A stretch of 49,257 nucleotides of DNA, taken from positions 172,808,744 to 172,858,000 of the forward strand of contig NC_091289.1 of NCBI RefSeq assembly GCF_032444005.1, read 5' to 3'. This document shows, piece by piece, positions 38,841-49,000 of the stretch. The notes below the pieces were generated by a model. That model was not told the origin of the DNA and ran no database searches. It worked only from the letters and a program-made list of their open reading frames with translations. Both the position numbers and the translations under genes were made by a program. This DNA comes from Ranitomeya imitator. Its lineage: Eukaryota. Position 1 is the stretch's first letter, and each line of letters begins with the position of its first letter.

Positions 38841-39425
38841 AAAAAAGAACCCGTCACCAGGTGTGACCCATGAGATTTGGCATTGTGCTCCTGCCTACTT
38901 CTGTGCCCCGACTAGGGGAGAGTAAAGTACTGCAGAACGTATGCAAGAAGAATGGCATAGAAAGAAAAGAAACAGGACCAAAACAGCGACGACCTTTGAA
39001 CCCGAACATCCTGCAGGTGAGTAAAAATAATAATCTTTTATTTATATAGCACCAACATATTGTGCAGCGCTTGACAGTTTGCACACATTATCATCCCTGT
39101 CCCCGATGGGGCTCACAATCTAAATTCCCTATCAGTATGTCTTAGGAATGTGGGAGGAAACCGGAGAACCCAGAGGAAACCCACGCAAACAGAGAGAACA
39201 TACAAACTCCTTGTAGATGTTGTCCTGGGTGGGATTTGAACCCAGGACTCCGGCGCTGCAAGGCTGCACTGCTAACCACTGAGCCACCATGCTGCCCTTG
39301 AGTATGACCGAAGATGTTTTTCTTTTGTTGCAGGCCGGATCGGGGGGTATATTAGAATGCTGCATAAGAGGGCTGAAAGGTGGTGGCCGTATCTCATATG
39401 GGGCAAACAAGGTGACAGGTTCCCT
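38841..39425. mobile_element. TTAA-flanked Kolobok/T2-type MITE carrying the SINE insertion
   Basis: TTAA 38837-38840, then degenerate GAACCCGTCACC; right end GGTGACAGGTTCCCT, then TTAA 39426-39429. Confidence 0.55.
39026..39297 (-). mobile_element. Full-length tRNA-derived SINE with L2-like 3' tail
   Basis: A and B boxes at the head; 3' end GCTATATAAATAAAAGATTATTATT. Confidence 0.88.
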
Positions 39426-40055
39426 TTAAAGGATTATTCCCATCCTCAGACTAGAGAGATTTTGGAACAAACTCAATTTGCAACCGCTCCTCAGATTATA
39501 ACAGCTTTGTTTTCAGCTCGTTGCTGAAGAGACCGACCACCACTGATGCGATCTGACCGGGATGAAGACCCGACCGCGCTGCCCAGCCTCGGAGCAGCAC
39601 TAGCAGACTCCATAGAAAAAGAGCTTGCAAGCGCTGCGCATGTTCTACGGTCTTAGCAGCGGTGGCCGGTCTCAAAGGCAACGAGCCAGAGATAACAGAA
39701 CAGTATTAACATCTAAAGAACGGAGGGAGAAGTTTATGCAGCAAATTAACTCGCTGACAATCGCTATCCGACAATATCAATCTATGAAGACGGGAAAAAC
39801 TAAATAAGCAAAACCCACTTGTGCTTCTGTAGAAGAATACGGCCAGTTCCGGGTTTTGTGTTTTTTTAAACCCTTTAATAAGTTGTGTAGGGTCACGTGA
39901 GCTACTGCTAGTGTTCATATTTCCACAAGCATGGAAGGCAGGTCACCATCTATTTCGGTAGCCCCCTAACTCGAGTGTCCTTCAGTGCGTTGCGAGATGT
40001 TAACAAGCCACAGCGGAGTACGCGACTGATAGTCTGGAATATTTGGTGTAACTAA

Positions 40056-40289
40056 GGCTACGTTCACATTTGCGTTCTGCCGGGCTGCGTCGGGCGCAGC
40101 ATGCGTCATGCGCCCCTATATTTAACATGGGGGCGCATGGACATGCGTTGTGCTGCGTTTTGCGACGCATGCGTTTTTTTTTGCCGCAAGCGTGGGGCGC
40201 AGAGGATGCAGCAAGTTGCATTTTTTTTTTGCATCCAAATTTCAGCAAAAAAGGACGCAATATCGCACAACGCAAATGTGAACATAGCC
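40056..40289. mobile_element. PIF/Harbinger-type MITE (234 bp)
   Basis: Perfect TAA TSD; TIR GGCTACGTTCACATTTGCGTT / AACGCAAATGTGAACATAGCC. Confidence 0.88.
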
Positions 40290-40795
40290 TAACTGCAGGT
40301 GACATGTCTGCAGCCCCCCTGTCAGAATGGTTTGTGCGGTTGGAAACTAAAATATTAAGCTCTAGAACGACTTTCTCCTATTTTGATTCATTTTGGGCAA
40401 AAAAAAAGAAAAAAAAAGCCACAACTGATAAATCCAGCGTACAGGAGTGTACAGGAGACCACTGTACCTGGTATCAGGGGGGCTCAGGCCGCAGCACAAG
40501 CAACTCGTTGCGACTTTTTATGGCCAGGGGAAAATGTCGCACCAGATCCGCACCCACTGCAGACCCTCCCCGGGAGCCGCCATGTCTGCGCCTTTACAAC
40601 CCGCAGAGTCACACCAGAACGGCCTATTCTAAAGCCATCCTCCCAGTCAGCCCCGGGCCCTCCGGCCTCTCCTCCCTGCTGCCTCCTCTAGCCGGTAACG
40701 CGACCGTCTCCACACACAGCCCCCTCCGGACACAACCCCCTGCTGCTCCCCGGGGGACGTAGAGCGGTATAACCGAGCCCCGGAGCGCCACTCAC

Positions 40796-40840
40796 CTTTA
40801 CCTCACAGCTCCGCTCCTACACGAGGTAATCAAGATGGCG
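40796..40840 (-). other. btf3l4: btf3l4 non-coding exon 1 (TSS approximate)
   Basis: In a CpG island; strong donor AAG|GTGAGT (GT at 40795-40794); YY1-type CGCCATCTTG at 40840-40831. Confidence 0.75.
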
Positions 40841-40965
40841 ATAAAGGATGATGGGCGGAACGTAACGACGCCTCGCACGCTGGGGGCGGAGCCACAACCG
40901 AGCGCATGACGTCATCCCGCTGCGCTTCTGAGCCAGGGAGCTATTCTGTTTCTATGGCAACCAAT
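40831..40965. promoter_or_regulatory. btf3l4 core promoter motif cluster
   Basis: YY1 (CAAGATGGCG 40831-40840), GC box (GGGGCGGAGC 40883-40892), palindromic CRE (ATGACGTCAT 40906-40915), RFX X-box (GTTTCTATGGCAAC 40948-40961), CCAAT (40961-40965). Confidence 0.75.
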
Positions 40966-41570
40966 GATGCGGCCCAAGACTAGGCGTCTCTCCCCTCTAT
41001 GTCTGCGCCATGGGCTCATCAATACCCCGCAATAGTATGGAGTGGCACCACAAGTTCCAGCAGAGCACGGTCTCTCCATGTGGAAACACATTCACTCCTT
41101 TAGTCTCGTTTTCACATACTTGACAACTCCGGAGAAGTGACAACAGCGGGAATAAAAAATGGCGAACGACATTCATTGTGCATCAAAAATAACACGATTT
41201 TCCACGTCAGTACGATCGCGGCGATAACAAACAGCGGAGAGTTTTATATTTTACTAGTTAATAAAAAAATCACATATTTGTAAAAAGATAAATTAATAAA
41301 CGTTTGCGTCACGAGTTTTACAGACCCGATACTCTGTTTTCTTATTGGCAGCATTCTGGGCCACATACGACATTTTGATCATTTTTTATTGCATTTTCTG
41401 GGGAGGTGCGGCAACCAAATAAAAAACCCCAATTCTGCTGTTCTGTTTTTTTCTAACCCATACGGGTTATATCATTCTATATTTTGTGAGATCGGACTTT
41501 TGGGCACAGGCTGAGGCCAAATATGCTATTTGTAATGTATTTGTAACTTAGGTAAGATGGTTTATATGTA

Positions 41571-43033
41571 CAGTACAGAGCATAAGTTTGGACACCCCTT
41601 CTCATTTAAAGATTTCTTTGTATTTTCATGACTGTATTTTCATGGTGGTCCTCATGTGAGCCAGTTTCTGAGGCTGGTGACTCGGATAAACTTATCCTCA
41701 GAAGCAGAGGTGACTCTTGGTCTTCCTTTCCTGGGGCGGTCCTCATGTGAGCCAGTTTCTTTGTAGCTCTTGATGGTTTTTACAACTGCACTTGGGGACA
41801 CTTTCAAAGTTTTCCCAATTTTTCGGACTGACTGACCTTCATTTCTTAAAGTATTGATGGCCACTCGTTTTTCTTTACTTAGCTGCTTTTTTCTTGCCAT
41901 AATACAAATTCTAACAGTCTATTCAGTAGGACTATCAGCTGTGTATCCACCAGACTTCTTCTGCTCAACACAACTGATGGTCCCAACCCCATTTATAAGG
42001 CCTGTCCCACACGTCCAGATAATTTCGGTACCGGAAAAATCGGTACCGGAATTATCCGTGTCCATGTGCTCACATGGCACATCAGTGTGGCACACGTGCG
42101 GCATCCGTATGCCGCCCGTGTGCCGACTGGGTACGACACGCACCGTGCAGGAGACCGCGCTACAGTTAAGCGCTGTCCCCTGCATCTGGTGCTGAAGCCG
42201 CCATTCATTTCTTCTCTCCAGCAGCGTTCGCTGGAGAGAAGATATGAAAAATCTTTCTTTTGTTTTTTTTGGTGTTTAAAAAAAGATCCCTGTCCCCAAC
42301 CCCCTCCCACCCCCTATGCACCATTCCCCCCCCCCCCCCCCCCCGCTGTTAATAAAATACTTACCCGGCTCCCTCGCTGCTTCCTCTCCTCGCCGCAGCT
42401 TCTCCTGCCTCCAATGGGGGCACAGCGCTTAACTGTAGCGCTGTCTCCTGCACAGCACACGGACTGCACACGGACAGCATCCGTGGGCGGTACGTGTTTT
42501 ACACGGACCCATTGACTTTAATGGGTCCGTGTAATACGTGCGCTCCCACGAACACTGACATGTCTCCGTGTTTTTCAAACGGACACACGGTCTGTGAAAA
42601 CACGCTGACATCTGCAGAGACACATTGATTTTAATGTGTCTACGTGAGTCAGTGTCTCCGGTACGTGAGGAAACTGTCACCTCACGTACCGGAGCCACTG
42701 ACGTGTGAAAGCGGCTTAAGGCAAGAAATCCCACTTATTAAACCTGACAGGGCACACCTGTGAAGTGAAAACCATTCCCGGTGACCACCTCTTGAAGCTC
42801 ATCAAGAGAATGCCAAGAGTGTGCAAAGCAGTCATCAAAGCAAAAGGTGGCTACTTTGAAGAACCTAGAATATAAGACATATTTTCAGTTGTTTCACACT
42901 TTTTTGTTAAGTATATAATTCCACATGTGTTATTTCATAGTTTTGATGCCTTCAGTGTGAATGTACAATTTTCAGTCATGAGAATACAGAAAAATCTTTA
43001 AATGAGGTGTGTCCAAACTTTTGGTCTGTACTG
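41571..43033 (-). mobile_element. Internally deleted Tc1-like element with a nested MITE
   Basis: TA flanks; termini CAGTACAGA.CA.AAGTTTGGACAC; N-terminal paired-like HTH ORF 41900-41652 (MARKKQLSKEKR...GRPRVT). Confidence 0.9.
41999..42716. mobile_element. PIF/Harbinger-type MITE (718 bp) nested in the Tc1 5' region
   Basis: TAA TSD (41996-41998, 42717-42719); TIR GGCCTGTCCCACACGTC / GACGTGTGAAAGCGGCT. Confidence 0.8.
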
Positions 43034-44000
43034 TATATACTGTATATATATAGTGAAAGAGTAAAATGTGAAAAGTAAAAAGAGAAGTGTTAACATACTG
43101 TATATATATTATTTTTTTCACATTGTTCTTGTTACTTTTCACTTTTTTTCAGTTCCCATAGTGAACTGGCAGCTGCAATTATTTGAGCGCTTGCGCTGCA
43201 TATTGAAGACGACATTCTCCCATGAAGCGCAGTCACGGGGGGCATCGGTGTGCTTCCGTAAACCTCCGGCTGCCATGGCAATTCAGAGGCACCACATAAC
43301 CAAATTCTGAGATATGAGACACTTCCTCAACCCAGAGAATGTACATCACAAATGACGCATGTAAGCCCCTTTATTACACTCCAGAATGAATACTGACCAA
43401 ACCTCCGAAATAAATATGTTTCCGAGCTCCTTTTCCAGGTGACTCTGCAGATAACGTCCTGAGACCAGCGCCAGTGTTGGAAGATTGTCTGCAGCGGTGC
43501 TGGGGGTTTGCCTTTAGCTGGAGTGCAACCATAATAGGTGCAGGGGTTACAAGCACACCTGGGTGCTGGGGCCTAGAGGGCCTCAAAAATTCCTTTACCC
43601 CATAGGAAAAAAACTATTACTATTCGAGACCTGTGATGGTTGGGGTCCATGTTGGGGATTTTGAATTGGGGCCCACAAGCTCCGCCATTGGCCTTTAGGC
43701 ATAGCGCATAGTGACTGACGGACAACCCCACACACAGGGTGTGCGAGATCCATAGAACAAGCCCTTTACAGAATTTCCTGCATCAAGTTTGCAGCATAAA
43801 CTCTTCATGGGCTAAAGATGAATAAATTATGGGTTTTTTTTGTCTGTATTTTGCAACATATTTCCAGTGTATTTTCCTCCCTACTTGCTGGAGCCCTTTG
43901 CAGCCACCTACTCTGCCTGCCCCTGCCATTTACCACTGACCTGCCCATAATGCTTACCACAAAGTAACAGAAATGATCATCTGCTTTATGTTCACACTTA

Positions 44001-44361
44001 GGGTATGTGCCCACGCTGCGGATTTTGCTGCGGATTTTTCCGCAGCGGATTTGGAAAATCTGCAGTGCAAAACCACTGCAGATTTTATTGCGGTTTCTTC
44101 TGCGGATTCCACTGCGGATTTTCAACTGCAGTTTCCTATTGGTGCAGTTGTAAAACCGCTGCGGAATCCGCTCAAAGAATGGACATGCTGCAGAAAATAA
44201 TCCGCAGCGTTTTCCGCGCTGATTTTTCCGCAGCATGTGCACAGCGGGTTTTTTTCCCATAGGTTTACATGGTATTGTAAACTTAGGGAAAACTGCTGCG
44301 GATCCACAGCGTCAAATCTGCTGCGGATCCGCAGCAAAATCCGCAGCGTGTGCACATACCC
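44001..44361. mobile_element. PIF/Harbinger-type MITE (361 bp)
   Basis: Perfect TTA TSD; TIR GGGTATGTGCCCACGCTGCGGATTTTGCTGCGGAT and its reverse complement. Confidence 0.9.
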
Positions 44362-44679
44362 TTACAGGGAACCTGTCACATGAAAAAACACTCTTAACCT
44401 GCAGATATGGGGTTAATCTGTAGGTTGACAGCGTTCTGATCCAATCTGGCGCAGGCACATGTAATCCCCGCTGTTTGGGCTTCAGTCACGGGTGGCACCG
44501 GCGTGGGTTCAGGCTCCACTCTGTGTATGGAGATTGGCAGCTGTACCTGCGGCCCCAGCACTGACTGACAGCCGCCCCTAATGCTGATCCTGCTGGCAGT
44601 CAGTGCCGGGGCGCAGTTACAGCTGACGTTCACTTTTTAGAATGGAAGAAAAATGTTGCTTGCTCTAAAAAAGGACAGT

Positions 44680-45688
44680 GGCCCATAGTAATCACAGGGG
44701 CCCATAGTAATCACAGGGGTCCATAGTAATCACAGGGGCCCATAGTAATCACAGGGGTCCATAGTAATCACAGGGGTCCATAGTAATCACAGGGGCCCAT
44801 AGTCATCACAGGGGCCCATAGTCATCACAGGGGCCCATAGTCATCACAGGGGCCCATAGTAATCACAGGGGCCCATAGTCATCACAGGGGCCCATAGTCA
44901 TCACAGGGGCCCATAGTCATCACAGGGGCCCATAGTAATCACAGGGGCCCATAGTCATCACAGGGGCCCATAGTCATCACAGGGGCCCATAGTCATCACA
45001 GGGGTCCATAGTCATCACAGGGGCCCATAGTCATCACAGGGGCCCATAGTCATCACAGGGGCCCATAGTCATCACAGGGGCCCATAGTCATCACAGGGGC
45101 CCATAGTCATCACAGGGGCCCATAGTAATCACAGGGGTCCTCCATAGTCATCACAGGGGTCCATAGTAATCACAGGGGTCCTCCATAGTCATCACAGGGG
45201 CCCATAGTAATCACAGGGGCCCATAGTAATCACAGGGGCCCATAGTCATCACAGGGGCCCATAGTAATCACAGGGGTCCATAGTAATCACAGGGGCCCAC
45301 AGTCATCACAGGGGCCCACAGTCATCACAGGGGCCCACAGTAATCACAGGGGCCCATAGTCATCACAGGGGCCCATAGTCATCACAGGGGTCCATAGTAA
45401 TCACAGGGGCCCATAGTCATCACAGGGGCCCATAGTCATCACAGGGGCCCATAGTCATCACAGGGGCCCATAGTCATCACAGGGGCCCATAGTCATCACA
45501 GGGGCCCATAGTCATCACAGGGGTCCTCCATAGTCATCACAGGGGTCCTCCATAGTCATCACAGGGGTCCTCCATAGTCATCACAGGGGCCCATAGTAAT
45601 CACAGGGGTCCCCATAGTCATCACAGGGGTCCATAGTAACCACAGGGGTCCATAGTAACCACAGGGGCCCATAGTAATCACAGGGGCC
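44680..45688. repeat. 19-bp minisatellite (CCCATAGT(C/A)ATCACAGGGG), ~50 copies
   Basis: Direct reading; occasional 22-bp GTCCTCC variants. Confidence 0.97.
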
Positions 45689-45956
45689 TCTGCTGCGATG
45701 TGAAGCAGAAATGCAACGGATCTTGTGGAAAGGAGAGGATCGGTGCAGCAGTTGTAAGCACGGCATGTATTATACGGTCTGCACACACGGAGGACCCACG
45801 TATCGGTCACACGCGTGGAGTGTACGTTGTTGTAGAGCCTGTCTGAGCCGCTCCCCCCGCACAGCCCCGGTCACTGCTGAGCCGCCTCCATCCGGTGCAC
45901 ATCACTTCCCCCGGACGCTTCTCCTGCTCTTGCTGTCTGTGCTGCTCCCCGCTGTC

Positions 45957-46059
45957 ATGCTGCCTTCTTGTAACAGCCGCTGTTCGGTGCTGTGTGCCAG
46001 TGTCCTCCTCCTGGCTGTAGGGACCACGCTGGTATCTGCTGGTGAAGGACTTGACAGAG
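45957..46059 (+). CDS. txndc12: Probable txndc12 (ERp18/AGR1) exon 1, signal peptide MLPSCNSRCSVLCASVLLLAVGTTLVSAGEGLDR(G)
   Basis: GC-rich start region; hydrophobic signal peptide ending GLDRG (recalled human HNGLGKG|FGDHIHW); phase-1 donor AG|GTAACG at 46060; divergent from btf3l4 as in mammals. No downstream exon is in the window. Confidence 0.72.
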
Positions 46060-46080
46060 GTAACGTCACTGATGAACTAT

Positions 46081-49000
46081 GTGCTGCGGGGTCTGGGGGC
46101 TCTGTGGTGCCCTGTGCAGGGTCTGGTGACACTATGGTGAGCTGTGTATGGTTTGGTGGTAGTGTGGTGTCCTGTGCAGGGTCTGGTGACACTATGGTGT
46201 GCTGTGCATGGTTTGGTGGTAGTGTGGTGCCCTGTGCAGGGTCTGGTGACACTATGGTGTGCTGTGCATGGTTTGGTGGTAGTGTGGTGTCCTGTGCAGG
46301 GTCTGGTGACACTATGGTGAGCTGTGTATGGTTTGGTGGTAGTGTGGTGCCCTGTGCAGGGTCTGGTGACACTATGGTGTGCTGTGTATGGTTTGGTGGT
46401 AGTGTGGTGTGCTGTGTATGGTTTGGTGGTAGTGTGGTGTCCTGTGCAGGGTCTGGTGGCTCTATGGTGAGCTGTGTATGGTTTGGTGGTAGTGTGGTGT
46501 CCTGTGCAGGGTCTGGTGGCTCTATGGTCAGCTGTGTATGGTTTGGTGGTAGTGTGGTGTCCTGTGCAGGGTCTGGTGGCTCTATGGTCAGCTGTGTATG
46601 GTTTGGTGGTAGTGTGGTGCCCTGTGCAGGGTCTGGTGACACTATGGTGAGCTGTGTATGGTTTGGTGGTAGTGTGGTGTCCTGTGCAGGGTCTGGTGAC
46701 ACTATGGTGTGCTCTGCATGGTTTGGTGGTAGTGTGGTGCCCTGTGCAGGGTCTGGTGACACTATGGTGTGCTGTGCATGGTTTGGTGGTAGTGTGGTGT
46801 CCTGTGCAGGGTCTGGTGACACTATGGTGAGCTGTGTATGGTTTGGTGGTAGTGTGGTGCCCTGTGCAGGGTCTGGTGACACTATGGTGTGCTGTGTATG
46901 GTTTGGTGGTAGTGTGGTGTGCTGTGTATGGTTTGGTGGTAGTGTGGTGTCCTGTGCAGGGTCTGGTGGCTCTATGGTGAGCTGTGTATGGTTTGGTGGT
47001 AGTGTGGTGTCCTGTGCAGGGTCTGGTGGCTCTATGGTCAGCTGTGTATGGTTTGGTGGTAGTGTGGTGTCCTGTGCAGGGTCTGGTGGCTCTATGGTCA
47101 GCTGTGTATGGTTTGGTGGTAGTGTGGTGCCCTGTGCAGGGTCTGGTGACACTATGGTGTGCTGTGCATGGTTTGGTGGTAGTGTGGTGCCCTGTGCAGG
47201 GTCTGGTGACACTATGGTGTGCTGTGCATGGTTTGGTGGTAGTGTGGTGCCCTGTGCAGGGTCTGGTGACACTATGGTGTGCTGTGTATGGTTTGGTGGT
47301 AGTGTGGTGTCCTGTGCAGGGTCTGGTGACACTATGGTGTGCTGTGCATGGTTTGGTGGTAGTGTGGTGCCCTGTGCAGGGTCTGGTGACACTATGGTGT
47401 GCTGTGCATGGTTTGGTGGTAGTGTGGTGCCCTGTGCAGGGTCTGGTGACACTATGGTGTGCTGTGTATGGTTTGGTGGTAGTGTGGTGTCCTGTGCAGG
47501 GTCTGGTGGCTCTATGGTGTGCTGTGCATGGTTTGGTGGTAGTGTGGTGCCCTGTGCAGGGTCTGGTGACACTATGGTGTGCTGTGCATGGTTTTGTGGT
47601 AGTGTGGTGTCCTGTGCAGGGTCTGGTGGCTCTATGGTCAGCTGTGTATGGTTTGGTGGTAGTGTGGTGCCCTGTGCAGGGTCTGGTGACACTATGGTGA
47701 GCTGTGTATGGTTTGGTGGTAGTGTGGTGTCCTGTGCAGGGTCTGGTGACACTATGGTGAGCTGTGTATGGTTTGGTGGTAGTGTGGTGCCCTGTGCAGG
47801 GTCTGGTGACACTATGGTGTGCTGTGTATGGTTTGGTGGTAGTGTGGTGTCCTGTGCAGGGTCTGGTGGCTCTATGGTGTGCTGTGCATGGTTTGGTGGT
47901 AGTGTGGTGCCCTGTGCAGGGTCTGGTGACACTATGGTCAGCTGTGTATGGTTTGGTGGTAGTGTGGTGCCCTGTGCAGGGTCTGGTGACACTATGGTGT
48001 GCTGTGTATGGTTTGGTGGTAGTGTGGTGCCCTGTGCAGGGTCTGGTGACACTATGGTGTGCTGTGCATGGTTTGGTGGTAGTGTGGTGTCCTGTGCAGG
48101 GTCTGGTGACACTATGGTGTGCTGTGTATGGTTTGGTGGTAGTGTGGTGCCCTGTGCAGTGTCTGGTGACACTATGGTGTGCTGTGCATGGTTTGGTGGT
48201 AGTGTGGTGCCCTGTGCAGGGTCTGGTGACACTATGGTGAGCTGTGTATGGTTTGGTGGTAGTGTGGTGCCCTGTGCAGGGTCTGGTGGCTCTATGGTGT
48301 GCTGTGCATGGTTTGGTGGTAGTGTGGTGACCTCTGCAGTGTCTGGTGACACTATGGTGTGCTGTGCATGGTTTGGTGGTAGTGTGGTGCCCTGTGCAGG
48401 GTCTGGTGACACTATGGTGAGCTGTGTATGGTTTGGTGGTAGTGTGGTGCCCTGTGCAGGGTCTGGTGGCTCTATGGTGTGCTGTGCATAGTTTGGTGGT
48501 AGTGTGGTGCCCTGTGCAGGGTCTGGTGACACTATGGTGTGCTGTGCATGGTTTGGTGGTAGTGTGGTGTCCTGTGCAGGGTCTGGTGGCTCTATGTTGT
48601 GCTGTGCATGGTTTGGTTGCTCTGTGGTGACCTCTGCAGTGTCTGGTGACACTATGGTGTGCTGTGCATGGTTTTGTGGTAGTGTGGTGTCCTGTGCAGG
48701 GTCTGGTGACACTATGGTGTGCTGTGTATGGTTTGGTGGTAGTGTGGTGCCCTGTGCAGGGTCTGGTGGCTCTATGGTGTGCTGTGCATGGTTTGGTGGT
48801 AGTGTGGTGACCTGTGCAGGGTCTGGTGACACTATGGTGAGCTGTGTATGGTTTGGTGGTAGTGTGGTGCCCTGTGCAGGGTCTGGTGGCTCTATGGTGT
48901 GCTGTGCATGGTTTGGTGGTAGTGTGGTGACCTCTGCAGTGTCTGGTGACACTATGGTGTGCTGTGCATGGTTTGGTGGTAGTGTGGTGTCCTGTGCAGG

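Noticed and set aside
40070-40762. 230-aa ORF
   Set aside because: It crosses a MITE, a poly-A run and the GC-rich btf3l4 intron 1 start; a compositional artefact.
44680-45688. C-box-like GTGATGA in each 19-bp unit (minus strand)
   Set aside because: No D box (CTGA) or terminal stem; not a snoRNA array.
45790-45815. ER-stress element upstream of txndc12 (CCACGT)
   Set aside because: No CCAAT 9 nt upstream and not a full TGACGTGG; too weak to call.
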